This document shows positions 26,504 to 36,900 of a DNA stretch of 64,000 nucleotides, piece by piece. The DNA lies in IMG/VR virus record IMGVR_UViG_3300037346_000220, positions 47,268 through 111,267 of that record; one strand, 5' to 3'. Every line of letters starts with the position of its first letter. Position 1 is the first letter of the stretch. The stretch comes from a virus. A program made the position numbers and the translations under genes. The notes below the pieces were generated by a model. It was not told the origin of the DNA. It saw nothing but the letters and a program-made list of their open reading frames with translations, and ran no database searches.

Positions 26504-29500
26504 ATGGCTGATTTCGAAGCTAAATTCGGCGTAAACATAGATACAACGGCAGCTCTTGCATCGATTAAGCAACTTCAGTCTCAAATATCAACCTTTCATC
26601 GGCAGCTTGCAAAGGGGTCGGCAGTCAACACTGCTAGCCAACAGAACCTACAACGTAACTTAATATCCGACATAAACTCATCTGGTAAGTTTAATGCCAG
26701 TATGCAAAGAGTGCATTCCACCACAGAGAACTTCACGAATGCTCTTGAGAAAAACAAGCTGTCTATGGGGCAGTACTTTAGATACGCTGGTGGGGCATCT
26801 AAAACCTTTGGTCGTAAATTCATTAGTGAGTTTAACACCATAAACAAGGTAGCACGAGAACGTGTAAAAACCCTGCAGACCCAATACATTGCCATGGGTC
26901 GAGACGCTAATGGGGCACTACAATCTATAGCAGTCAGACCTTTGAGTCTGGACATGAACAATCTCGCCACTAAAACAGCTATAGCAGCCCAGAAGCAACA
27001 AATCTTTAACCAACTGCTTAGGCAGGGGTCTACCAACCTACTGAACTTCGGAAAGAATACTCAGTGGGCTGGTAGACAGCTTATGGTTGGTTTTACTATT
27101 CCTCTAGCAATCTTCGGATCCATGGCTGGTAAAACATTCATGAAGGTCGAAGAAGAAGCTATTAGATTTAGGCGTGTATACGGAGAGCTCTTCACCCCAC
27201 CAGAAGAAGCCAACGCCATGATTGACCAGCTTAAAGAGTTGGCCTCAGAGTTTACCCAGTATGGAGTATCCCTAGAATCAACCCTGGCACTAGCCTCAGA
27301 CGTAGCTGCCATGGGTAAGACAGGGGCAGACCTAATGGCCCAAGTATCAGAAGCTACAAGGCTGTCCGTGCTGGGATCTGTGGATCAAGCAAAAGCCCTA
27401 GAGGCTACGATCTCTGTAACAAACGCTTTCGGAATCTCGGCAGAAGACTTAGCAGGAAAGATAGACTTTCTTAACGCTGTAGAGAACCAGACAGTGACGG
27501 CCATTGAAGACTTAACCATAGCTATTCCAAAAGCTGGTCCAGTTATCCAACAGCTTGGTGGAAGCGTAGAAGACCTAGCCTACTTCTTGACCGCCATGAA
27601 AGAGGGTGGCATCAATGCCTCAGAAGGAGCTAACGCTCTAAAGTCGGGTCTTGCCAGAATAATTAACCCAACCATGAAAGCATCAGAAATGATGAAGGGT
27701 CTGGGAATTAACATTAATGGTATTGTTGAGGGCAACGCAGGAGACATAAAGACAACCGTAACAGAGCTTGCTTTTGCGCTAGATGAATTGCAGCCTTTGC
27801 AAAGATCGAGAGCTATTGAAGAACTTTTTGGAAAGTTTCAGTTCGCAAGAATCTCAACCCTATTCCAGAACATAACAAAAGAGGGTAGCCAGGCAGCAAG
27901 GGTTCTAGATTTAACTAGAGCTTCAACTCAAGAGCTTGCAAACCTATCTTCCAAAGAGCTTGGAGCTGTTTCAGAGTCAACCACCTTCGCATTCAAGAAG
28001 GCTTTTGAGGACTTGAGGATTGCAATTGCTCCTATTGGAGAGCAATTCATCAAAGCAGCCACACCTATTATTCAGTTTGCTACTAAACTTCTTAGCCAAT
28101 TCGATAAGATGGGTGACGGAGCAAAGAACTTTGTCGTAATCTTAACAGCTGTCCTGGGACTAATAGCACCCGTAGCTCTGATGACGTTTGGTCTTCTTGC
28201 TAACGGCGCAGCAAACATTCTTAAAGGTTTTGCAGCTCTAAGAACTATGTTCCTAAGAACAGCTCAGGACACCAGCGTACTGGGAAGCCAAACTCAGTAC
28301 CTGACACAGGAGCAACTGATAGCCAACGCAGCATCAGCATCTCTTGAGCAGTCACACATGAGGCTAACTCAGCAGTTCACATCCGAGACTACAGCTGTAT
28401 CCCTATTGACAGCAGCATACGAAAAAGCAGCTCTCGCTGCATCAAGGCTAACAGCAGTTCGTCCCATGCCAACATCCATCGGAAAAGGTGCGGTCAAAGG
28501 ATACGCTTCTGGTGGAATAATCTCAGGTGAGGGAACAGGGACTTCAGACTCTATCTTGGCGCAGGTCTCTAATGGAGAAGCTATCATACCAGCCAAGGTA
28601 GTAAGCAAGAATCCAGGATTTTTTGCTAAGCTTATTTCAGGAGGAATCCCAGGATTTGCTAAAGGCGGAATTCTCGGAGGTAAGGTCAACGTCGGAGGCA
28701 AAGAGTATGGTGTCCCAGATGGAAGAAGTTCAGGAGCCATGCAGTCCAGAATACAAGGTCTCGCCGATGCAGGGACATCCCTTGACTCCCTGACCTCTGT
28801 TATGGATAAGCTAGAGGCCCAATCAAAATTAACCGCAGCAGCCCTTAAAGCAGAGGTCAGAGCCAGAGGCCTGTCTCCAAAAGGTGGCCCAAGCGAGGTA
28901 CAGAGAGCTCACCTTACCCTGCCTACAAAAAATGCAGACGGATCTATGGGTCTTTCTGGTCTAACCAGAGAAATGTCCAGAGAGCAAAACATAGCACTTA
29001 GGACTGGGCAGAATAAGGATCAGTTCTTAAAAGAGTATTCTTCAAGAAAAGGTGGCCTGACCGCTGCAGGAGAAGCTGGCATGCGACAGACGGGAGCCCT
29101 AGGACCCAGGGAATCTATGTCTTCGGATATGGTAGCTACCATGCAACAGCTTGATGACGAAATAGGAAAGTTAGCCCACGAGCTCTCTGTAGACGGTTTA
29201 GTATCTGACGCCGAGCTAGCAAAAGCTGCAGACATCGTAATCAGAAAAGCAGAGTCTAAGTCAGGGAATACGGGAACTGCAGGCAGTGCTCTAAGAGAAA
29301 GACAAAAAGCCCAAGTAGCTACTAGGTCAGCAATATCATCAAAGATGAATGCGGAAAACATTAGGTCTGGAAAAACTTCTCTTCGAGGTAATGGTGTCAC
29401 TCTCGTTGATTCAAATGGAGCAGTTCAAGGCAAACTGCACAAGGCTGATGCTGATAGGGCTCACGCTGCTAGATCTGCTCAGGAGAAAAGAGAGATCACA

Positions 29501-32500
29501 GCTGCTTCTAGGGTAAGTAGCTCAACGACAGCTCTAGCTGGACAAAGGTCCTACACAGGATATAAGCAGATGTCTTCACCAGCAAATAGCCAGTCTGCCC
29601 TTATCAAAAAGGGAGCTGAAGACACAAAAGCCTATAACAAGGGAGTCCAAAGCAACAAGTCTCAAGACCAGTATATGCAGAACAGAGATCGGAAGAGCCC
29701 ACACAGGCTCGCTGCCAAAGATGGATCCGATGACGCTAAAGCTTACAACCAGGGAGTAAAGTCTGGGTCTAGGAGATCCTCAAGTGCTGGCCAGCAGAGG
29801 CAGTCTGGAATCATAGATGCTGCAAGTCAGAAGCCAGCAGGCAAAAGAAGGTCCTCAACTCCTCAGCAAAACACGTCTGGAGATGCAGCGAGAGCTGCGG
29901 TTGCACAAAGGCAATCCGTTATAGCGACCCAAGCCCAAAGCGCAGCTACAAAAAACAGCACTGCAAGACTTCAGAAGATGTCAGGGGCCCTAAGCGGAGG
30001 AATGTTTGCTCTTACCTCTCTTGCAGGTGCAGGAATGATGGCAGGTGGAAAGCTTGGAGAGGTATCTCAGAAGGTCTTCCAGTTGTCAGGAGTCTTCTTT
30101 GCCTTAATCCAGATAACTCAGATGCTTACAAAAGAAAGTTTCTTGCTTTCCGTAGCCAACAGAAAAAGAGCAGCCTCAGAAGCTGCAGCCACGGTCGCTG
30201 CCGCAGGTGGAGGGGGATTGAAGAAGGGGCTTGCAGGAATCAGCGCTTTCGTTGGAGGTCCTATGAAAATGGCTTTTGTCGCAGCTGGTCTAGCTGTGGC
30301 AGGACTTATCGCTGTGTTCCTGCACTTTAAGAAAAAATCTGATGAAGCAGCAAAGAGGGTAGAGAATCTAGGGAAAGCTTCAAACTTTAGCGCAGAAAAG
30401 CTACAAGCTCTGGGTACGCTTTTTGGAAAAGACATAAACACTAGCTCCCCTGGTTCGTTAGGTGGCAGGACAAACGGAAAGAATGCAGACCAGAAGAAGC
30501 AGATTGACGAGTTGTCAAAGAGTGAAGAGCTAAAGGCTCAGTTTGGAGATGAGATTGCTGGACTTGAATCCGCTTCTAATGCTCAGGCTAAGTCAATAAT
30601 GAGGTCTTTAGCTTTTGCCTTAGCCTCTGGAGGGGTAGACGAAGAGTCCGCAGGAATAATTCTACAGTCAATAGCCATCGCAGCAGAGAAGGGAAACTTA
30701 GGTCTAGATTTTTCTAAGATTCCAGTTACAATCCCCGACTTAACAAAAGACAGACTCGAAGTTTCTGAATCCGCTAATAGCGCTTTCGACAGTGCCTTAG
30801 TGCGAAACACTCCGAACCCCACAGATGTTCAAAAAGCAAGACAGGTATTTGAGGAATTTGGACAGCAGCTAACTCAAGATGTTATATCCACGGCCTCTGA
30901 CCTGGGGTCTCTAAGGACTGAGTTTGAGAACTCAGCGATGTCAAGTCTAGACTTCTCCACTAGTGTGACAAAGTTGCTAAGGCCTTTGACTAGTCTAGAA
31001 GAAGAAATGCAAAAACTATTGCTGCCTAACCTAGCTGAGCAGTTGAACCTAGATCCAGAAGCCTTTGTTAACGTTGAAAACTTAGCTGGAGCTCTCTCAG
31101 TTCTTAAAGCAGTAGCCATGGGGATTGACATCGACGCCTCGTTCCTGGAGACATTCAATAAAAGACCTAAGAACTCCGAAGACAAAAAAGAGCAAGCCTT
31201 GGCTCAAAGAGAGCTAAACAAGATCATAGAGAAGAACATAGAGCTTACAATTAAGGGCAGAAAAGCTACCGAAGATAAAATCATTACCGATCAAGCAGCA
31301 GCTGACCTAGCCGACCTTGAAGCAGAAGTCATAGCAGCTAAAGAGAAGAAAGCAGCTTTTGAAGCCTTGGTTCTCGCAGGCAAAGACCAAACAGAAGCTT
31401 TAGAGATGGTATCAAACGGTAACATGCTAGTAGCTCTAACCTCAGCAATTGCTGCAGATGAGGTTAATCGCTTAAACAACAACATGGGAGATACAACCGC
31501 TGTGGAGGACGTTATGGCTTTGTTTGCAGAGCTGGCAGCCCAAGAGTTGCCTTCCTTTGACCGAACCTCAGGCTCAGGAGATAAGAGCCCCTACCAGCTA
31601 GCCATTGAGTCACTAAAAGAAGAAAGAGCTCAGATAAAGAATAACCTAAAAGCTTACGGACTACTACGTAAAGCTGGTATGGATATTTCTGCAGCTTCTG
31701 ATGCAGCGTCTGACTCAACCTTAGCTCTTGCTCTAGCTACTACAAAAGTAGGAAGTAAGAAGTATAAGGAGATCTTGTCTCTTGTAAAAGAGATTGACGT
31801 AGTAAGCAAGAAGAATGCTTTGAGAGAACTCCTTGGTGGCAGGTCAGAACAGATTCAGATGCAATCTCAGTTCTTAAAGATAGTTCCGATTCTTAGTAAG
31901 ATGGGGGTTGAGGCACAGGACATAGTCGACATTCTTGGAAATGCAGACTTAGCAAAGGCTTTCATTGCAGATCTTAAAGATGGAAAGCTGGATGCTGCAG
32001 CACTGAAAAACTACCTAAAGCAAATTGAAATGATGAAGTCTCTTGAGATTCAGGTAACTCTTACGACTCCTGAAGGTCAGGCAGCAGCTGTAAGCGAAGC
32101 CTTTTCTAATATCTCAGAATGGTTCGCAACAAAGAAAGCAGCCATAGATATTCAGTTCCGACCTCGGTTCGACGCTGCAGGTAAAATAATAAAAGAAGCA
32201 GAAGAGGCTATCGAATCCTATACAGACAAAGTAAGCGAAAACGAATACCAGTTGTCTGGAATAGAAAGGTCTGAAGATGCTATCAACGAAAAATACGAAG
32301 CAAGAATTAAGTCTCTGGAGGCAATTCAGAACGTAAACAAGCTCATTCAGTCACAAGAGAAGGCGTCTCTAAACGTAGCTGACGCACTGTCTCGTGGTGA
32401 CATAGCTGCTGCAGCACAGGCGGTACAGGAAGCCAGGTCCCAGGCAGCTTCAGACCAAGCTGACACGATGAAGGCAAACATTGACACAGCTAAGGAAAGA

Positions 32501-33343
32501 GAGTTAGCTTCCATAACTTCGACCAGTGGCCAAACGAGGGTTGAGCTGGAGAAGCAGATTGCTGGCTGGAAGCAAGAGATTGAAAGAATTGAGCACGATA
32601 CCTTGGTCCCAGCCCAGAGGTCTCTAAACATAGCGGAAAAAGCAAGAGACGCACAGTTTGACACTCTGACCTATCTGGGTAGAACAGAAACGCAGTGGGG
32701 AGACATTGAGAACGCAACTAACCTAGCTCGAGTTGAAGCAGAGTCTTACATGGATGCAATAAAGAAAGCTTTGGCTCTTCTTCCAGGACTAACTGGAGGT
32801 AAAGTAGACTTAGGTATGGGTCCCGTAGACAAGGGCAACTCCAACGACTCTGAGACAGCAGAGCTTAACAGGCTAATTCAGATTACTAGAGACAGAGTCC
32901 GTAGTGGCAACTTTGAAGATGCAGCCATGGGGAAAAGGCTCGAGAGCATAAACATTGAAAGAATTAAAAAAGTTAGAGGCTTGACTGGAGATCAAAATAC
33001 TATGGGTGGCAGAGGATACGCCATGGGTGGAGTGGTCAGAGGATATTCTATGGGAGGCCTGGTTCCCAAGTACTTTGCTAGCGGAGGCTTTGCTATGGGT
33101 TCTGACACTGTTCCAGCAATGCTGACTCCAGGAGAGTTCGTAATGCGCAAGTCAGCAGTAAAGAGTTTCGGGGTAGATAAGATGAAGTCAATGAATAATG
33201 GAACATCCTCAGCTGATTCAGTGTATAATTATAGCTTGAACGTAAATGTTAAGTCAGATGCCAACCCTGACCAGATTGCTAGTGCAGTGATGCAAAAAAT
33301 AAAGAGTATAGACTCTCAAAGAATACGTGGAGGTAGGTCGTAA
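26504..33343 (+). CDS. Tape measure protein
   Basis: 2279 aa, helical and Ala-rich, with a TP901-type core (GSEGANALKS-like segment), hydrophobic segments and GTSDS...NGE / SDTVPAMLTPGEFV motifs. Confidence 0.93.
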   Translation: MADFEAKFGVNIDTTAALASIKQLQSQISTFHRQLAKGSAVNTASQQNLQRNLISDINSSGKFNASMQRVHSTTENFTNALEKNKLSMGQYFRYAGGASKTFGRKFISEFNTINKVARERVKTLQTQYIAMGRDANGALQSIAVRPLSLDMNNLATKTAIAAQKQQIFNQLLRQGSTNLLNFGKNTQWAGRQLMVGFTIPLAIFGSMAGKTFMKVEEEAIRFRRVYGELFTPPEEANAMIDQLKELASEFTQYGVSLESTLALASDVAAMGKTGADLMAQVSEATRLSVLGSVDQAKALEATISVTNAFGISAEDLAGKIDFLNAVENQTVTAIEDLTIAIPKAGPVIQQLGGSVEDLAYFLTAMKEGGINASEGANALKSGLARIINPTMKASEMMKGLGININGIVEGNAGDIKTTVTELAFALDELQPLQRSRAIEELFGKFQFARISTLFQNITKEGSQAARVLDLTRASTQELANLSSKELGAVSESTTFAFKKAFEDLRIAIAPIGEQFIKAATPIIQFATKLLSQFDKMGDGAKNFVVILTAVLGLIAPVALMTFGLLANGAANILKGFAALRTMFLRTAQDTSVLGSQTQYLTQEQLIANAASASLEQSHMRLTQQFTSETTAVSLLTAAYEKAALAASRLTAVRPMPTSIGKGAVKGYASGGIISGEGTGTSDSILAQVSNGEAIIPAKVVSKNPGFFAKLISGGIPGFAKGGILGGKVNVGGKEYGVPDGRSSGAMQSRIQGLADAGTSLDSLTSVMDKLEAQSKLTAAALKAEVRARGLSPKGGPSEVQRAHLTLPTKNADGSMGLSGLTREMSREQNIALRTGQNKDQFLKEYSSRKGGLTAAGEAGMRQTGALGPRESMSSDMVATMQQLDDEIGKLAHELSVDGLVSDAELAKAADIVIRKAESKSGNTGTAGSALRERQKAQVATRSAISSKMNAENIRSGKTSLRGNGVTLVDSNGAVQGKLHKADADRAHAARSAQEKREITAASRVSSSTTALAGQRSYTGYKQMSSPANSQSALIKKGAEDTKAYNKGVQSNKSQDQYMQNRDRKSPHRLAAKDGSDDAKAYNQGVKSGSRRSSSAGQQRQSGIIDAASQKPAGKRRSSTPQQNTSGDAARAAVAQRQSVIATQAQSAATKNSTARLQKMSGALSGGMFALTSLAGAGMMAGGKLGEVSQKVFQLSGVFFALIQITQMLTKESFLLSVANRKRAASEAAATVAAAGGGGLKKGLAGISAFVGGPMKMAFVAAGLAVAGLIAVFLHFKKKSDEAAKRVENLGKASNFSAEKLQALGTLFGKDINTSSPGSLGGRTNGKNADQKKQIDELSKSEELKAQFGDEIAGLESASNAQAKSIMRSLAFALASGGVDEESAGIILQSIAIAAEKGNLGLDFSKIPVTIPDLTKDRLEVSESANSAFDSALVRNTPNPTDVQKARQVFEEFGQQLTQDVISTASDLGSLRTEFENSAMSSLDFSTSVTKLLRPLTSLEEEMQKLLLPNLAEQLNLDPEAFVNVENLAGALSVLKAVAMGIDIDASFLETFNKRPKNSEDKKEQALAQRELNKIIEKNIELTIKGRKATEDKIITDQAAADLADLEAEVIAAKEKKAAFEALVLAGKDQTEALEMVSNGNMLVALTSAIAADEVNRLNNNMGDTTAVEDVMALFAELAAQELPSFDRTSGSGDKSPYQLAIESLKEERAQIKNNLKAYGLLRKAGMDISAASDAASDSTLALALATTKVGSKKYKEILSLVKEIDVVSKKNALRELLGGRSEQIQMQSQFLKIVPILSKMGVEAQDIVDILGNADLAKAFIADLKDGKLDAAALKNYLKQIEMMKSLEIQVTLTTPEGQAAAVSEAFSNISEWFATKKAAIDIQFRPRFDAAGKIIKEAEEAIESYTDKVSENEYQLSGIERSEDAINEKYEARIKSLEAIQNVNKLIQSQEKASLNVADALSRGDIAAAAQAVQEARSQAASDQADTMKANIDTAKERELASITSTSGQTRVELEKQIAGWKQEIERIEHDTLVPAQRSLNIAEKARDAQFDTLTYLGRTETQWGDIENATNLARVEAESYMDAIKKALALLPGLTGGKVDLGMGPVDKGNSNDSETAELNRLIQITRDRVRSGNFEDAAMGKRLESINIERIKKVRGLTGDQNTMGGRGYAMGGVVRGYSMGGLVPKYFASGGFAMGSDTVPAMLTPGEFVMRKSAVKSFGVDKMKSMNNGTSSADSVYNYSLNVNVKSDANPDQIASAVMQKIKSIDSQRIRGGRS

Positions 33344-33996
33344 TGGCAAGCAACGCTTATGTTACTGGTAGGCAGAAGTATGCAAGACCTCAAGCTGTGC
33401 TTTGGTCAGAGACAGAGCCTGTTCTGACAAACGGGTTATACCTGCCATCGGGTTCCGAGCCAGGTTCTAATAATTGGATCAAAGGCAATGACGAGTTCAT
33501 AATCCTCTCTGACCACAACAGGCAACCTATTGATGTTGCTATAGAGAGAATAGAAAACAGGCAAAGGACTATTAACGGAAGAATGCGATCTCACCATATT
33601 GCAGACAAGATAACTCTAGCCCTGTCTTGGGACATGCTTCCTTCAAAATCTTACGCTTTAGACCCTAAGTTCGATACCGAGGGAAAGACTGAATACCTTG
33701 GCGGTTCTGGAGTCCCAGGTAAAACAGACATGGAGTATACGGTTGACGGTGGCGCTGGAGGCGCAGAGCTTCTTCACTGGTACAACAATCACCAAGGATC
33801 TTTTTGGGTAATGCTCTCTTACGACAATTACAAGGACACTGTTTTTAACGGAACAGACATGTACTCAGACCTGGCTATACAGAGGTACACTCAGGTAAAA
33901 GAAATGTTCGTTTCAGACTTTACCTATAGCATCCAAAAGAGGGGTGCTGGAAACTTAGATCTTTGGAATCTGTCCGTATCTCTGGAAGAGGCCTAA
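33343..33996 (+). CDS. Distal tail protein (putative Dit)
   Basis: First gene after the tape measure; RQRTINGRMRS and WNLSVSLEE motifs. Confidence 0.6.
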   Translation: MASNAYVTGRQKYARPQAVLWSETEPVLTNGLYLPSGSEPGSNNWIKGNDEFIILSDHNRQPIDVAIERIENRQRTINGRMRSHHIADKITLALSWDMLPSKSYALDPKFDTEGKTEYLGGSGVPGKTDMEYTVDGGAGGAELLHWYNNHQGSFWVMLSYDNYKDTVFNGTDMYSDLAIQRYTQVKEMFVSDFTYSIQKRGAGNLDLWNLSVSLEEA

Positions 33997-36900
33997 ATGT
34001 ATAATAGTCCAGAACTCAGTTCTCACATAAACACATCTGCAACAATAAAGTCTCAGACCCTAATCTTGGCTGAGTGGAATATGAACTTTGCAGATAATAT
34101 AGAATTGGTAGGAAACTACAGATTTCGTCCAAGGGATGAAACAAAGTTCTCAAACATCCCTAATTCCTTTGATCCCTATGACACTGGTGGATACTACACA
34201 AACGCCACCGATGCGGATGTCGTAATCCAAGGAGGATACCTAGACCAAACACTAAGCAGTCAAGAGTTAATTCCCACAGCCTTTCTTTCTATAAAGCAAA
34301 AAGAAAAACTTCTATATTCTTTAGATGACTGCTTTGCAAGGTTCAGGCCAAGGTCTGGAATAAACAAGCTTCGCATTGGAGTAAATAACAACTATACTCA
34401 CTCTGCAAACATGTATATGTCTCAGAGACCAAGGTACTATGCTTCAGATAAGAAAGACAAGTTTAAGTACTGGACGTCATACAGGACAGAGGGTGGCATA
34501 GAGTATGGGATTGCTAATGATCAGCAGGGCAGTAAGTTCTACATAAGTGATGCAGCCCCCTTCGTAGTATACAAAGAGCCTGTGCCAGCTAACAGAGTTG
34601 TCGTAAAGATGCAGACGAATATTGGTTCCATAGATCTGGGACCCTTCTCTACAGAGGACGGAGCAATAGATGATCCTTTATACGGAGAGCTCTATCAGAC
34701 GACACCTGTTGACTGGGAAATCCAGTACTTAGATGCCGATAACTCCTGGGTAAACGCACTATCATTCTTATCATCTGACAGGAGAAGAGATGGGTCTCCT
34801 ATCATCGGTTCCGACGGATATGTGGAGATTGGATACGGCCTAGACATACCAGAAGCTTTTGTAGAAAGTTTTAGCGTGGTGGGAGAAGTTTCCGACTTTC
34901 TTTCTTTAGTGCCATCCGACAGGGTCGGAGACGCATACCTGGTCAGGGATAACGCTTCTGACGGTGGGACATACCACGTATGGACAGGAACGTATTACAT
35001 GTCATTTGCTTCAAGTTATTCTTGGAGGCTCACCGACTATGAGAATGACTCTTATAAGATCATAACATCTAAGATCGTAAACGCAGATAGCTTTGTCTCC
35101 GTGTCTGGACTTCCAGAGTACAGAGAGTTCAAGTACATCAACGGTCTTCGGGTAGTGGCCAAGACCATGAATAACCTAAACTCCACTTTTGACCTTATCG
35201 AGCTATCGCCTAGGCTGGTTGCGGATATCTCAGATTATACAGAAGCTTTGTCTATACAAAAGAACGCCTCAGACTTAGGTATTAGTGGTTTGCCAGTTGG
35301 ACAGCTACTAGCCTCCACGGGATCTATAACAATCTTTGACCCCGACAGAGCCTTTGACAAAAACAATAAAAAAAGTCTTATCTCTAAGTATGCTGCAAAC
35401 AACCTCAGCATATCAATCTTTGATGCCTTTTTTGGCGTGGATGGGGTCGATTACTACGTTCCGATAAAGACTCTATACGCAGATGGATTCCCCCAGATAG
35501 AACACGCAAACAGAAAAGTAACTATTAATCTAAGGGACAAGTTTTTCTATTTCGAGTCCCTCCAGGCACCACAAGTATTCCTCCCAGATATATCGCTCTC
35601 TTATGCAATATCAGTATTGCTAGACTCGATTGGATTTTCTAATTACGTATTCAAGAGACTAGATTCAGAGTCTGATCCTGTAATCCCCTTCTTCTACGTT
35701 CCACCAGACAAGACAGTAGCCGAAATTCTTAATGAGTTGGCGGTGTCTACCCAGTCAGCAATGTACTTTGACGAGGACAACAACTTCATAGTTTGCTCCA
35801 GAGGTTACATGCTTCCAGGATCTGGGGAAAGACTTTCGGATACAGTTATATACGGAAGCAAGGATGACTCAAAAAACCTAGAGTCAATCATTGACGTAGC
35901 CCAGCAGGGAATGGAAGTCTTTAACGACGGGAACATAAACTTCTCCGTAAACTATATTCAGAAGAGTTACGGAACAATAAGGCAAGCCTACGTAATGGAC
36001 AAAGATAAGACCTGGATCTATAAGCCAGTGCTGCTCTGGGAAGTTCCATCGGAGGACACAACTAAGGCTATTAATGAAAGCTCTTCCACTCAGTCTGGGT
36101 ACGTACTAGGGGCTATGCCACTTAATACAAGTGTTACGGACGTAATCCCCTACGTGTCTAATGGAGAAGTCAGGAATAACATTATTGACATTGGAGAAGC
36201 TGTCTACTGGCTATCTAGGTATAGTGGTTACTTCTACGCTAACGGAGAAATTATAAGATTTGATGCAGTTGAGTACAGCGTTCCTCAAAGAGTGACAAGT
36301 AACAATGCCACCTCAGCAAGTAACGTTTGGCTAACAAGTACACAAGACTACAAAGAGTATTTCTCCCAGCTACCTTTTAATGGAAAGATCTATCCAACAG
36401 GAAGAATTCGGATTTACGCAGAGCCTAACTTTGAGTCTAACCAGGGGCTAGTCAGCTTAAAAAATGGAGAAGTGGCTAAACATGGTAGAGGCCAATTCGG
36501 AACAGAGGTGACCTCCCACTCTGCAGGAATAGACAATTACTGGACAGGACTTTCTTCAATTTCTGGAACAGTCTCTGACCCATTCAGTAAGAGGGCCCTA
36601 GACGCAGCACAAGCTACAGGTCTAGCATCCTTTGCGATCAACGTGTCTGATACTGGTTCATCTGGAACTACAGATATCCTAGAGGTTAAGTCAAGAGCTT
36701 CTAAGTCCTATAGGTCAAGTACCATCAAAAACTTTTTGTCTAACACCTACGAGATGGAGTCCACTGACTCCCAAGCTCTCTATAGCCCAGACACCCTGCA
36801 AGCTTCAGCTTTGGTCTTTAACGGACCTAGCCTTGCATCTGACCAACTGTCAAAGAACCACGTATCTTATGTCTACAAGTCTCTTGCAGGAAGAGAAACT

